Below are positions 11,831 to 25,916 of a stretch of 64,000 bases of DNA, piece after piece (position 1 is the stretch's first letter; every line of letters begins with the position of its first letter). Source of the DNA: Azolla caroliniana (taxonomy: Eukaryota > Plantae > Polypodiophyta). The notes beneath the pieces were generated by a model, which worked only from the letters and a program-made list of their open reading frames with translations, did no database searches and had not been told where the DNA came from. A program made the position numbers and the translations under genes. The DNA is taken from contig JBHGNT010000004.1 of NCBI GenBank assembly GCA_043228905.1, positions 22,134,001 to 22,198,000 on the forward strand, in the 5' to 3' direction.

Positions 11831-12469
11831 CCACGTGCAACACCCACATTGAAACCCTTTGAACTCCCACTCTTTTTCAAGATACTTGGATGGAAATAAA
11901 ACGAGGCCCAACACATAACCATTTCCTTTATAAAATATGTTACCCCATAACACCTTTTGTACAATACTAGAACTCTTTTATCTATGATTTTTTATTTTTT
12001 ATTTTCAATGTTAGGTACACATCCCATTTTGTTGTAACAAATTGTCTCATGGACCAAATTTGGTCTTAGAAAATAAGACTAATGAGAAGATATGCATCCC
12101 TCTCACCCTTAGAGAGACAATGCCACTAGGCAAACTTTCAAGAGCCATGAACTAAGGGGTGGCTCGTCAACTCATTAACGACCCCTTACCTCATGTATGC
12201 ATCAATTGTTTGGCCTCCAGGGCTACCATCTTTCATGTGGATGCAATTATAGAGACCATTGGCAACAATGTTATCACGTCAAATCCGAAGCAAATTGATA
12301 ATGCCACATGACATTTATTAGACTAGAGCTCACATTATAGAAACACTTTTCCAACTTGTAGTTTTTATTCATATAATACATAGCCAATCACAAGATATCT
12401 TGTCAAGTGTTTGAGGCATCTCAATCACGCTATGAGTCCAAAGATACTAGCTCTTTGTATAACATTGTG

Positions 12470-13270
12470 GTGAGATGGCTTCTTGCAGATGAGCTAAAAA
12501 TTAATAACCTACCTCCTTTTAGGTACAACCACGAGACTAATAAAACTTTATTCTCTCATGAGAACTATACTAAAGTAATATGCCAAGAAATATGGCACAT
12601 TTACAATTGATATACATGGATCAACCCACTAGAGTCACTCCTATCTAAAATGTTGTAATATAAGGAACACTTCATGCACTTCGGTTTTTTTACATTAGCA
12701 AAATATGTAAGATACATTCTTAACTCACTAAGGGTTGTTATTGGACAACTTAAAATATCATCTCACGAACTTGAGATTGAGAGGGGTTGTACTAATGGAG
12801 TCCCTAGAGAGGAAAGGATATGTAGATTATGTCACATAGCGATAGAGGATGAATATTGCTTTACATGCAAGTGTCCAACTTACGCCGAGATAAGGGCAAA
12901 ATAGTAACAAGTTACTAGGACCCTCTCCCACCCTCTTGAAACTTTTAGATACCCTAGATATAAAAAAAATAGGTAGCTATATCTTAGAGCTAAAACAACA
13001 TAGAAATAATAAGTTACAAAATGTTAACCATAACCTTTCTAATATTCACCAACATGTAACCAATAAAAATTTTCCGGGACAAGGGGAGACAATGAATGTA
13101 GACACACCTGCACCTGTCAGCTTGTTTGAATTAGAAAACCAAAGAACAACCAAACACCCGGAGATGTCGGGACTAAAAGTAACTCTTGGTGTAGAAACAA
13201 TTAAGAAGATAAGGGAACATGAGTTACACCACTTAGAAGCTATGGTTGGGGTACCTTTCACACACACATT
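12470..13270 (+). mobile_element. RTE-X-like LINE C-terminal zinc-finger region
   Basis: Translates to LKISSHELEIERG...ERICRLCHIAIEDEYCFTCKCPTYAEIR. Confidence 0.7.
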
Positions 13271-14083
13271 TTATAGCCCTAGATGAGCTCTCTTGCTGTC
13301 CAAAAGTGGATTTACTAGCATTTAGTGAGGCATTAACCATGATTATCCCAATATCTTCTTCTTTGTTCATCCTTCAATTGCTCATTTTAGTCTACACATT
13401 TTACCTTTCTCTGCTCTCTTTTTGTTTGATATTAAAGTTCCTTGTAAGTTGGTTCTACAACGTTGACGATATTCTCATTTTTATCTCTCAAACATATTTG
13501 CTCATCTTTAGGGACTCTTGAACTCTTTATAATCCCCTAGGGTATCATACCTCCCATTCACCTTTTTGTCATTCCTCTCGTCTCCCTAACTCATGGTGTG
13601 ACTTGTGCTCAAAGTGCTAGTGATGTCACGTGGGACACATGTCAAACTTCCCTAACTCACTTGGTCTTCCTCGAACTTCATGTTTCCCTCAATTTCTTTC
13701 TTTGTATCTTCATTCTCCTCCTTTTGGAGCATCTTCTAACTTTATTCAAAAGCTTCGATGATGATTTTCATGCCATTGACTAGATTGTTTCAACTTCTTG
13801 CTCTCAAAGTTTTTGGGTTTGATTATGTCTTTCCACATCTTTTCCCTCATATTCTATTCTTTCTTTCTCCAATACATTGAAGCTTGGGCACTTGGGAGAT
13901 GCTAGTCATTGCATCATCATGACTATTGCCACGATCCTCGCTTGCCCAAGCATAGTGAAGCTTAGGTAGGAAGCTTCAAAGATGCTAGTCATTGTGTCCT
14001 CTGAATTAACACTAAATTTATCCTTTCTTTTTCAAGCATGGTGGATATTGGGCACAAAGCTTTGAAGATACTCAAATGTAACA

Positions 14084-14447
14084 TCGTTCGAACTATCCCC
14101 AAACTCCTTGTTTTCCTCTTTCTTGCACTCCTTGACCTCTTCAAATTTTCCTTGTCATAGTCACTTCTCAATGAGCTAAAGACATTTGTCATCTCATCAC
14201 CTTTGGTCTTTAGTTTATACTTCATTGGAGCCATCTCATTGGCCTCCTTGATGTCTAACTCTTTTAGAATCATTGTCCGAGCTATCCCCCAAACTCCTTG
14301 TTTTTCCTCTTTCTTGCATTCCTGCACCTCTTCAAAATTTTCTTTCCATCATCACTTCTCAATGAGCTAAAAGCATTAGTCATCGCATCACCTTTGCTCG
14401 TCACTTTAAGCTTCATTTGGGCCTTCTCATTGGCCTCCTTGATGTCT
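14084..14447. repeat. Tandem duplication with a period of about 190 bp, in degenerate TE-like sequence
   Basis: 14084-14256 resembles 14273-14447, and the minus-strand translations repeat DIKEANE..KGD.MTN.FSSLRSD. Confidence 0.85.
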
Positions 14448-15699
14448 TCATTGTTCTCTTTATGCTTTTCTTCTATCTCTTTGTCAGTGTCATCCATGCT
14501 GAGCATTGAAATACTCTTGTAAGGTGGCCTCATTTTGTTAACTCTAGTCAAGATTAGGTTGCCCTTGCTTGCTCATGGTTTTGCTTTTTTATCTTGAATC
14601 CCTTTACTCCTTACTCGTTAACCCACTTAACTACTCATTATGCACAAGCTTGTCACTCTTAGATTGATTTACAATACCAAAGAGATCCTAATACATTACT
14701 TTCTCGTGTCATTACATTAGTTTATGGTAGCATGTTTCTACCACAAATTCCCTGTTTTCCATAAGATAATTGGAATCTCATCATTGCCTTCTAGTAAGAT
14801 GCCAAATTTCATCCTCTCATTTCCATTTGACAATCTTCAAGAAAAGGAGAACCTTGTTCAGCCCAACCAATCTTTGTTTACAGTTGAAATGATGCTCAAC
14901 CACACTTTGCACAACCTCTTACCAATCAACCAATCTGTCCTTCATACCAATCAACATCTTTGCAACATTCTGAACCAATCTTTTTCCTTTATACTGATCA
15001 ACTATCTCAACCACACCTTGTACATCCTCCATACTGTGTTTGTGATCCTAGAGTTAAGAGTAGTGTGTCCATGATTGAAGACGTTGCCTTGGTCATCATA
15101 TAGCCTCCCACATGCCCTTGTGATTTGCATCCTTGCTGAAGTATTTCTTGACATTGTAGATTAAGTGTGTGCGTGTTGGCTCGCTATCCTCCAGTAATGG
15201 CACTAAAGGTTCACGTTGACTAATGAATATATTCACATACTTGATCTTGACATCCAAAGCAGGGTTTGCACCTTCAAAAGCTTTACCTTGTTTCTTTCTT
15301 ACTGAAATAAGCCCCCAAAGTTAACATGGTTAAATGTCTTTCCCACATTCTTATCAGAACAGAAAGGAACATAGCATGTCTTTAACCTCGCTATGACATA
15401 GCAAGAACAAAACCAGGGCCTCTTGCATTTTGTTCAATTGAAGCCGAGGTGGTATTCATGTCTTCATCAGCAGAATGATGCAATGATGAAATAATATTGA
15501 CATCTCACTAATTCCAACTACAAGTAAAGAATTTGTCAATCAAAAGGAGATAAATTAAGTTTACCACAAAAATATAGAAACAATGATCATATATGTTGCC
15601 TTTTTTCAGTTATTCATCACTTTTCTCACTAATTTCATCAAATACTGTTCCGCTTATAATGGTTATGGAAGCCAATCCCATGACATCGAGTTCTTAAGA

Positions 15700-15825
15700 T
15701 CATCAGATGGTCTTACAAATAAAAGATTATCAAATGTTCTTACAGACAAAATATCATAAGATGGTCTTACAAACAAAATATTATCAGATGTTCTTATAGA
15801 CAAAATATCATCAGATGTTCTTAAT
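15700..15825. repeat. Minisatellite, 27-bp unit, about 4.5 copies
   Basis: Units ATCAGATG.TCTTACA.ACAAAAT., downstream of the AIPP2-like gene. Confidence 0.8.
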
Positions 15826-15973
15826 GAATGAAATATACTCATCTCTACTTCCATTTTTTCTGCCATTTATAAGTAAATCATACAAGTACACACTTCCATT
15901 CCATGATACAAAGACTTCTTTATACCAATGTTAGAGCCTTTCCATGATTCATCATCCATACTTCTCAAGTACT

Positions 15974-18900
15974 TCATTCACGAACAACCTTGTGAGTTCT
16001 GAATATTCCCCATAGGAAGTGCCTATCATTCCAACCTAGGACCAACCAACAAGCATCAAAGCATAAAAATTGGATGTTACGAAATAACAAATAAAGAAAA
16101 CAACACAAACAACAAACTCCTTACTTTGCTCAGATTTAGGCAAGAGAACTGAAGGATATATGAGAAGTTGTGCAACATCCAACTCTTTCCTCAAGACAAG
16201 ATCTTTCGAAGACATACGATCCAATAATGGTTTGTACCATAGATCATGACTGAGAGCCATACGAAACATAAAAAGTAGGCTAACCATGCACAAACAATTG
16301 TAAATAACAGAAAAAAAATTAGTTACTCCAAACCTTCTGATGTCGATAGGGAAAAAGTATACTCCAATATTGTTGCTACTTGGTGGAAACTTCTCAAATG
16401 AGTTTGGCCATGAATTGGTTTCCAAACCTCTTTGTAACTCTTCCAACTCTAATACGTTGGGTAACCTCTTCATAACTTCATACACTTTAGGGTTTGCTCT
16501 ATTAGAAGGATATGCTTGCAGTCCCTTGTAAGACTTCCGGAAAGTCGTGTCGAAATTAACAATGAAAGATCCACTACATATACGTGTGTGTGTGTGTGGC
16601 AAAAGAAATTCATCAAATCTAGCGTTAAAAACTAAAGCACAAAAATGTGGAAGAAAAGAGGGTATACCTCCATAAAACTTGAATATCGGGAATTGCTCCT
16701 ATATCTGAAACAGAGTCGCCATAAGACATGTCTCCTGTTTCTTTATCCAAGCTATATTTGTTATGAAACATGTTGTTTCCAAAGTCTGTGTATAGTATCC
16801 CAGAACTGACTTTATTTTCTTCTGATTCATCGGTATCGAATCTTTCTTGTCTCATTGGTACTTTATTGCATTGAAAACCTCTTCTGTGATTATTGTCATT
16901 TGATTCTTTTGCAAGCAAATTCTTTGAAAAAATAGCTTTTGTTCCATCTGAAGAAAAACTGCAGTTTTCCATAGCATGCCCCATTTGACAACACATATTG
17001 CATCTTATAGATGTTATTTTCTCGTTAGTACTGCTTTCTTTCAAACAATCAAAGGCCTCTGATATTTTTCTCATGTATGAATCTGTTCCACAATTGAAGA
17101 TCATCATTAGCACACAATGTGCACGTTACGAACCATATATAGACATAATAAACTATGGATTTTATTTTTTTATTGCAGTGGGGCCTACTGTAGTGAGTAT
17201 TAGCATACCATCTCGTGTTTGAGGATTTTTTCTAGCATTCACCCCTTCATTATCTCGAAAGACTTGGATATTTTCCTTTTTCTTTATATGGAATAAATTT
17301 CCATCTTTCTTTGTAGAGATCACATTTTTCTCTGCAAGGTTTTTTGGCCTAGACGGAAGCAAAAATGACATCTCTTTATCACCAACTTGTGAAGGAATTG
17401 GTCTAGAGGCAGATGAACCAATAGCAGACTTATTCCTTGACATTTTCATGGAAGAAACACGATCTCTCTCTAAGGTGTCATTGTTTGGCCCAGCCATTGG
17501 ATTATCCAAAAGACCTGAGGGCTCACTATGCACATCTTGTGAAAGCGAAACACCCATTGAATCATTATCTACATTTATAATGATAATTTTATCTACCTTC
17601 GGCCTTGATGGTTTAATGTCAGATGCATTGATTGCAACCCTAGTCAAACATGAACCTATATGCGAATCTTTAACGCATGCAATCATGTCTACTATTGTAG
17701 CATTTTTATCACTACTTTCGTCCTCTTTCTTCTTTTTCTTTTTCATTTGGCATTCCATGCAAATCCAATACTTAGGAAGGGTCTCCAACCTTCTCTCCAT
17801 GCAATATCTACAGAAATAAAAAATTGCTCACAACTCATAAATACATTTCTAGAAAATGCAGTCATAGTGTTTAAATAAAATAATATTATAAGGTTGCTTC
17901 TTTCATCCTACATAGCTTATGTTTTAAATGAGTGTGTATCATACATAAACTTGAACTGATACTAACATATGCTCAGCTCCTTCATTACAAACACTACAGA
18001 TTGAAAGTTGATCACCATATCCAGCATCCCCACAAATATCACAGACTTTCACCTGCAAGTAACCAAAGGATTATATACAAATTACAAAGTTTAAAGGCAT
18101 AAAAGCTCTTCATGGAGTTACAAAACCTTACAAAAATTACTGATTTCACTCAAATATGTGTATCCGGAATTCATCTGTGAACAAATAATTGTATACACAC
18201 ATATATATGTATATGAACCCAGCATTATGTTTATCCACTAGTCACAGTTATTACCAAATGTTGAGTATCTGAGTTCTGACATATTCGTTGTTGTTATTCC
18301 TAGCTAGTGGATGAAGAAATGGCATTCAAAACAATAAATATAAACTAGAAATGCAAATTTTTTCATTTTTATGTTTTTGCACAGAAGGTTCTTTTGTTTT
18401 TGGATGCCTTTTTCTTTTACTTTGTGACAATATTGCTTGTTTGTGATCCTTTTGGCCACAACTAATAAGTGGGTGAAAGGGATAGCATGCACTGGACAAT
18501 TCTTTTTGCTTTTAGGATTTCTTTTCAAATTACTTTTTTATCAAATTGCTCACAAACCAGCACACGGATCAAAGAGACGGATGCCTCAAACAGTTTTTAC
18601 TTTTACTTTTTAACCACATTGCTTTTCAACTGCTTTTCAGTTTAACTTTTGGCCACAAACGGCGCACAGATGAAAGAGATGGATGACACTACTTTGATAT
18701 AGAAATCAAAATGTTGATCTTCCAAACTCTATAGTCTAGTAGATGTTTTACTTCCTAAAATCTTCCGTATTTACACAGGAATCAAAATGTTGATCTTCTA
18801 AACTCCAAAGTTCGTTGGCTTTCTTCTTTTCCCTTTTTTTTAGGTTTTTCACTAAGCAACAACCTAAACAAGAAGCATCTTCATGGAAGAAAGCAAATGA

Positions 18901-18993
18901 AAGCAGAGGTGAGAGACTTGCCTTTGCTTCTTCGTCTTCACCTATCCTCTGGGGCTGTGCCATGATGCGCACTCTCTTCACTTCCGATAGCAT
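15974..18993 (-). CDS. AIPP2/PAIPP-like PHD-finger and SPOC-like chromatin protein, 7 exons
   Basis: Exons are 18993-18922 (GC donor AAG/GCAAGT), 18052-17967, 17807-17209, 17082-16668, 16573-16334, 16249-16125 and 16035-15974, with consistent phases. PHD: VKVCDICGDAG...CSVCNEGAEHIYC...WICMEC. Zinc knuckle: CNMCCQMGHAMENC. SPOC-like: GLQAYPSNRANPKVYE..WP..F..NIGVYFFP..LLIYPSVLLP..WNDRHFLWG. Confidence 0.8.
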
Positions 18994-19076
18994 TGCTTCT
19001 TTCTCTAAAGGCTATGGCAGGAGACCCTAAACATGGTGTTCGAATATCTGTGAGGTAGCAAGCAAAATGCCCTGTT

Positions 19077-19081
<5 letters not shown>

Positions 19082-19118
<37 letters not shown>

Positions 19119-19146
19119 ATCTCTGTCTCTGTCTCTGTCTCTCTCT
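19082..19146. repeat. (CT)n/(CTGTCT)n microsatellite upstream of the AIPP2-like gene
   Basis: Read directly from the sequence. Confidence 0.9.
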
Positions 19147-19510
19147 GGGTGAAAAACACACACAATTATATTCATAGATTTGAAATATTCGCATTCGTGG
19201 ACGTTACCATACGAATGCATACGCATACGCATGCATGAAAAATATTCGTTAAAAAAAAGAGAGTTCATAAAGTTATGACTTTTTAGTTTCTTAGATATAT
19301 CACAGGTGTTCCTTTGTGCCACCCTTTTAGCACACCCTTTTTAGGATGCATGTACCTAAGCCGACCCGCCCTTTTAGCACGCCCTTTTTAGCTAAGCCAA
19401 CCCAAATGGGTACTTTTGTATCAACTATAAATTGAGCAAGAAGTAAGAAGCTAAGTAGGTTGGTTTAGATCTCTTATGTGGATTTCACAATATATCATAT
19501 AAGTTATAAT

Positions 19511-22500
19511 TGTAAAGAATCGGATATGATTCTTGTGTAGCATAAGAGATGTGTGTTACGTGTATGTGTGAGAGGAAAGAGAGAAGAGAAGAGGAAACAC
19601 AATATAGATTAGATAGAATGGAAAATAGAATACTCAAGAAGAAAGTGTATATTCACAAGGAGAATATGAGATACAAAATGTAGCATTACAAGGAGTCACA
19701 ACCAACACTATATGAAGTAGAAGAAGGGTGCTTTATATAAGGTCACCCTCTCTCTTCATTAACTCACTAAAACAACTACTCTCTCTCCGGGAATGTGAAG
19801 ACTCATAATCATGGGGAATATGGAATTATATGTGTCTTAGAATATGATTCTATAACACATAGTTAATGTGTAGAGAGTAGTGGTGTGACTTTTGACCTTT
19901 GAGTGATCATAGATTCTCAAAGGGTGTGTTCACATGTTGCACTAGGTTGAGCTTGATTCTCAACACGCCCCCTCAAGCTCAACTCGGGTTGGTTCCTTTG
20001 GGTTGATGTCCGCTTTGGTTGGTATCCGGTTTGGACGATCTCCGGTGTCCGCTTCGGCTCATACCCGGTTTGGACGATCTTCGGTTCTCTCTTGTACTCC
20101 CCCTCAAGCTTGGCAGGTCACGATTGTCAATCTAAGGTCTGACATGAATTGTTGAAGCTTGTCGGCTCATAGGGATTTGGTGAAGATATCCGTTGTTTGA
20201 ATATTTGTGTTGATGTGTTGAAGGTCGACATCTCTGGCCTGAACGTGCTATTGAATGAAGTGATAATGCACTTCAATATGCTTTATGCATGCGTGGAACA
20301 TTAGGTTCCGAGCCAGATAAATATTGCTCACGTATTGTAATACTCGCGTAGCACAATCGAAATGAATATATTGCGGAGTTTGCATGATTTGGCTAAGGAG
20401 GCCGACCGGATAGTTGAGGTCAAGTCGAGTGATCGTGAGATAGATGAGACTCCCAATCAGTTGTCGATACTGAGTCGACTCGCACTCGTCTGTGCCGGAG
20501 TTAGCGTCTAGTTTGAGGTTTCGATCAAGAGGGGTTGCCACAGATTTGCACTCCGTCATCCCGAACTTATATAACAAGTTGAGGATGTAGTGCCGTTGGG
20601 AGATCATATTGTCGGTCGAAGTCCAAATTACGTCGATGCCAAGGAAGTAATGGAGCTCTTTCATGTCCGTCATCTCGAATTTGTTGGAGAGGAGGGACTT
20701 GACCTTGTTGATGTAGACTAGATGCTCACCTCCAATGACCAGATCATCCACATATAGAAGGATGACAATCAGACTTCTCGATTCGCTTCTTGTGTAGAGG
20801 GAGTTGTCGGATTTCGACATTCGAAAGCCAATACGATGAGGATATTGTGTTATCTTCGAGTGGTAAGCACGCGGTGCTTGCTTAAGACCGTAGAGTGGCT
20901 TCTTCAATCGGCATACTGCTTTCGAATGGATGCTCGATTCGAAGCCCGGTGGTTGTACCATGTACACCTCTTCTTCTAATTCTCCTTGAAGTAAGGCATT
21001 CTTTACATCCATTTGATGGAGGTACCACCCTTTTGCTACTACGAGTGCGATCGCGATTCGCACAGTCGTCATCTTTGCCATCGGGACAAATGTCTCTTCA
21101 TAGTCGACTCCATGTGTCTATGCATATCCTTTCGCTACGATTCGAGCTTTGTAGCGGTTTACAAAACCTTATGCATTATATTTGACTTTGAATATCCATC
21201 GACAACAGATCGCCTTTTGGTGAGGTGAAGAAGGGATGAGATCCAATGTCTCATTTTTGGAGAGTGCTTGCATCTCCTCATTCATTGCTTCAACCCATCT
21301 GGGGTCCTTTACGGCTTCGAAAAACATTTCCAGCTCTCGTACAATCGCTACCTTCATCATAAAAGCGTAATGGTACGCCATATACTCATCGTAGCCGAAT
21401 CGGCTTACCGGGTTCTTTTCTCGGGTGGACCGGCGGAGCTTCTCGTTTGCGGATACTAAGGCTTTCTTCGCTCCATTTGTCCGAATGTCGAGGCCTTCAA
21501 ACTCACTATCGAGGGAGTGAGTCGTCTCGATTTCGATTTGATCTTCATATTCCGGCATTTTGGCCTTCCCTTTGTTCAGCTTCGGACTCGACCGAGTTAG
21601 CCTTTGATCGCTCAGAGGCTCTTGTGGCCCACTAAGCCTTGTCATACTCAGGCTTTCTTCGAACATGTGTTCAAGTTTACTTTCTTCTTGTATCTCTTGT
21701 TCGGCGGATTCTAGGTCGTGCGGGATCAAACTTCAAGTTGTCTCTAGTGCGTACCAAGATGTTGACTCATCGAAAACGACGTCTCGACTTGCTCAAACTT
21801 TTTGGATAGATGGGTTATAGCACTTGTACCCCTTTTGCTCCAGTGAGTATCCTACAAGGATACATTTCTCTGACTTCGGGTCGAGCTTTTGTCACTTCTC
21901 GTTGGGGATGTGCACGTATGCAATGGAGCCAAATATTCGAACATGTGATAGATCCGACTTCTTTCTGAAATACTTATCGTGCAGGGTAACCTCATGCACT
22001 CCGGATGTCGTGCACCGATTCATGAGGTAGACAGCAATATTCATTGCTTCGGCCCAATATTACTTCAGTATGTGCTTTTCGTTTGTCATGGCCCGTGCTA
22101 CTTCGAGGATGTGCCGATTCTTTCGTTCGGCTACTCCATTCTGTTGTGGCGTATGTCGACACGAAAACTCTCGCCGAACTCCTTCTTTCCGTAGAAAAGC
22201 CGAAAATTCGTCGGAGAAGTACTCCTTTCCTCCATTCGACCGAAGACATCATACATGTCAACCCGTGGCTTTCTTGACTTCACTCTTGAATTTTTGGAAG
22301 TGTTCCAACACTTCACTCTTTTGTCGCATGGGGTACATCCAAGCACAGTCGTCGATGAAGGCCACGTAATATCGACATCCACCGAATGTAGCCGTCTGAG
22401 CCGAACCCCATACATCGGAATGAATTATGTCGAGTACGCCTTTGTGCACGTTTTGTTGGGGAGAAAGTCGTCTTTGCGGAAGATCAAGAAGCATTCGTTG

Positions 22501-22526
22501 CTGTTGAGTACCTGCGTATGACAGAT
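19511..22526 (-). mobile_element. Ty1/copia element, 3' part (integrase, RT, RNase H, PPT, 3' LTR), degenerate
   Basis: The LTR spans 19511-19965 (TG...CA) with a PPT GAGGGGGCG next to it. RT motifs QMDVKNA, YGLKQAPR and LYVDD lie in 20248-21081; integrase reads HSDVWG. Frameshifts are present. Confidence 0.9.
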
Positions 22527-24694
22527 TGTAGGTCGTTGCACAGAGAGAGAGAGACAGAGAGAGAGACAGAGAGGCACAAAAGACTCTTTATTCATAAAGC
22601 AAATAATACAACAACTAACTTTACAAAAAGGTTACAAGGTCACTATATATAGTGACCGACTTAGGGCAACTACCCTTTATGCTAATTACATAAATGGCCA
22701 AAACGAGATAGTGTGAATACGTCCATTATACACATGTATTCGACACTCCCCCGTAATGGGCGTATACATGGGTTATCTAAGATTACAGGTATAGACTTAG
22801 GTTCTCGGACATATCAGCTTTGTTCGGTCGGCAGGGTCCGAAGGCAGAAGACCGAACTGGTCGGGTCGGAACAGTTGAAGCCGATCATTAAGGAACTGAT
22901 GTCGGTTGTCGGGAACCATCCTGCTCTGTGTCCGGCTCTAACCGGACTGGTTTGTCATTACGCCCATCTGATGCCGAAGAGACCGAAAACGGTCTGCCGA
23001 AAGACACTTGGTCATTCCATCTGCGACATTGTCGGTTGTGGATATTTTCTCTAGACCGATTTTCCCTGAAATGACGCAGTCCCGAACGAAGTGATATCGA
23101 ATGTCGATATGTTTGGAGGCGTTGTGGTGAACCGGATTTTTCGACAAGGCAACAGCACCTTGACTGTCGCTGTAGACAACTGGAGCCGAGTCATGGTCGA
23201 CTTGTCGAAACGTGTGCGCCAGCCGACCGAGCCACAAAGCTTCTTTTGCTGCGTCGGACGCAGCTACATATTCTGCTTCGGTCGTTGAGGTCGCTGTGCA
23301 CTCCTGAAGTTTCGACTTCCACGAGATTGCTCCATTGCCGAATTTGAAGCAGTATCCGGTTGTTGATTTCCGACTGTCTATACAGCCGGCGAAATCCGAG
23401 TCGGTGTAACCGACTACGCCTGAGGTTCGGTTCGGACCGAAAAGAATGCCATGGTCTTTTGTGCCAGCCAGATATCTGAACACATGCTTGACTGCGTTCC
23501 AATGCGATCGGCCAGGATTGTGCATAAATCTGCTAACGACTCCTACGGCGTGAGAAATATCAGGCCGTGTCGCGACCATCAGGTACATAAGGGAGCCGAC
23601 TGCCGGTGCATACGGTACCGACTTCATATCTTCCCCCTCCGGGCCGGATGTCGGGCAGTCTCGCTGAGAGAGCCGAAGATTCATTGGGAGCGGGGTTGAA
23701 GCAGATTTGGCTGATTGCATGTTGAAGCGTTCCAAGACACGTCGGATATAGTCGGTCTGAGACAAAAAAAGATGTCGTTTATCGCGATGCCGACTAATCT
23801 TCATGCCGAGTATGTGTCGTGCCGGACCGAGGTCCTTCATGGCAAACTTCAACCGCAGTTGCCGAATGAGATCGGCAAGTTCGCCCGCGTGGCGTCCAGA
23901 GATTAGCATGTCGTCCACGTAAATGATGAGGAAGATGGGTGATCCATCTTGAGCTGTGTTGGTGAAGAGACAATGGTCCTCATCGCTTTTTGAGAAGCCG
24001 ATCGATTGGATGAAGTCGTCGAACTTCTTGTACCATTGTCGTGGTGCCTGTTTGAGGCCGTAGAGACTCTTCCTGAGTCGGCAGACTAGATGTTCTTGGC
24101 CAGTCGCCACGAAGCCTTTTGGCTGCTCCATATAGATTTCCTCGTCAAGATCACCATGGAGGAAGGTTGTTTTGACATCTAGCTGAATCAGCTCCAAGTT
24201 GTCGGCCGCCACTACGCCGAGTAGGAAACGAAGGGTTGTCATTTTCACCACTGGTGAAAAAATCTCGTCGAAGTCGACGCCATATTCTTGTCGGAAGCCC
24301 TTCGCAACTAATCTGGCCTTGTACTTTGGGGTAGTCAAATCAGACGTCTCTTTTAGTCGATAAACCCACTTGCAAGGAAGAGCACGTCGGTTCCTAGGTA
24401 ATTCGACCAGATCCCAAGTCTTGTTTGCCCGAATGGAGTGCATTTCCGACTCCATCGCCAGATGCCAGGTGGCGGAATCGACAGATGTCGATGCTTCTTC
24501 GTAAGACGTCGGTTCGCCAGCGTCGGTGAAGAAAATTCCAGGAGAGTACCTCTCCGGAGGTTGCGACAGTCTCTCGGATCGTCGAGGTATGATTGGACTG
24601 GTCGCATCGGGTATCACGGTCGGATGGTCCGAAAGCGGAGTGTTCTGCTGTGCCGAGTCGGAGTTGTCCGAGTCGGTAGTGTAAGGTTCAGCTA
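22527..24694 (-). mobile_element. Younger Ty1/copia element nested in the previous one; 3' LTR 22527-22745 and uninterrupted RT-RNase H
   Basis: The frame is open from 22938 to 24693, with KARLVAKG, QLDVKTTFLHG, YGLKQAPRQW, IYVDD, YTDSDFAG and KHIDIRYH. A PPT GGGGGAG adjoins the LTR. The element runs into the assembly gap. Confidence 0.92.
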
Positions 24695-24794
24695 NNNNNN
24701 NNNNNNNNNNNNNNNNNNNNNNNNNNNNNNNNNNNNNNNNNNNNNNNNNNNNNNNNNNNNNNNNNNNNNNNNNNNNNNNNNNNNNNNNNNNNNN
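24695..24794. other. Assembly gap (100 N)
   Basis: Run of N. Confidence 1.
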
Positions 24795-24925
24795 TGTGCA
24801 TGTGTTCACATACGTATCGACTCACAATTACATTTATGCCCCCTACACACACACAACAATCATCATGATAACATTTGACCCTCGTTCATCACATTGACTC
24901 TCCGTACATCTCGTACGGGGTAACA
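24795..24925 (+). mobile_element. End of an LTR of gypsy family A
   Basis: Reverse complement of 28593-28723. It ends GGGGTAACA and is followed by ATCCT. Confidence 0.9.
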
Positions 24926-25916
24926 ATCCTCACCGTAACCAGATGGTTCCTCGAGTGTCAACTGGCTCTTAGCCAGGTGGGTTTGAATCTCATCGGAGTT
25001 CATTATCTTCTTCTCCGACTCCCAGTCGGTAAGAGTCTTGTCCTCCATGAAGATAATATCTCGGCTCCGGAAAACCTTCTTGTCAACCGGATCCCACACT
25101 CGGTAGCCGAACTCATCATCGTCGTATCCAAGGAATATGCATGGCCAGGTCTTTGGATCCAACTTTCTCTCCGGTCCTTAGTAGCATGCACGTACGTGAG
25201 ACACCCGAACACCTTCAAATGCCAGTAGGACACTTCCTTACCGGTCCACACCTTTTGCGGTGTGGCTCCATCCAAGGGCACTGAGGGTGATCTATTTATC
25301 ACATACGTCGTTGTCGACAGCGCCTCAGCCCAAAACGTCTTGGGTAGTTTAGCATGTGCTAGCATACTCCGGACCCTCTCCATTATGGTCCGGTTCATCC
25401 TCTCGGCTAGCCCGTTTAGTTCCGGCGTCTTCGGCACGGTAAATTCGAGCCGGATTCCCTTCGAGCGGCAGTACTCCTCGAACTGCCCCTGGTATTCCCC
25501 TCCGTTATCTGCTCGAACCGCCTTCAGCTTCCCTCTGGTTTCTCTTTCCACTCTTGTTTGGAGCTCCTTGAAGACGGATAACACCTGATCCTTTGTCTTC
25601 AACGGTGTGGCCCACAACCTCCTGTTGTGGTCATCTATGAACGTCACGAAGTACTGTGCTCCGGCATGGGACTTCGTGTCCACTTGACACACATCAGTAT
25701 GCACCAACTCCAATGGTGCATTACTTCTCATCGGTGGCCTTGATTGGAAGGAGGTCCGATTTTGTTTACTGGCTAGGCATTTGATGCACCTCTCAAGATG
25801 CACGTTCTTCACCGGAATGAGGTTGTCATCGACAAGCCTCTTCATCCCCTTCATGCTCATGTGACACAGTCTCTTGTGCCACAGCTCACCAGCAGTGTTG
25901 GAAGCCACGTTCACTT
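24926..25916 (-). mobile_element. Tnt1/Tork-like copia integrase segment, inverted relative to its own RT at 29200-34760
   Basis: Translates to LWHKRLCH, VHTDVC, FIDD, RADNGGEY and NGLAERMNRT. It ends at ...SGYGED with flank AGGAT. Confidence 0.88.
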
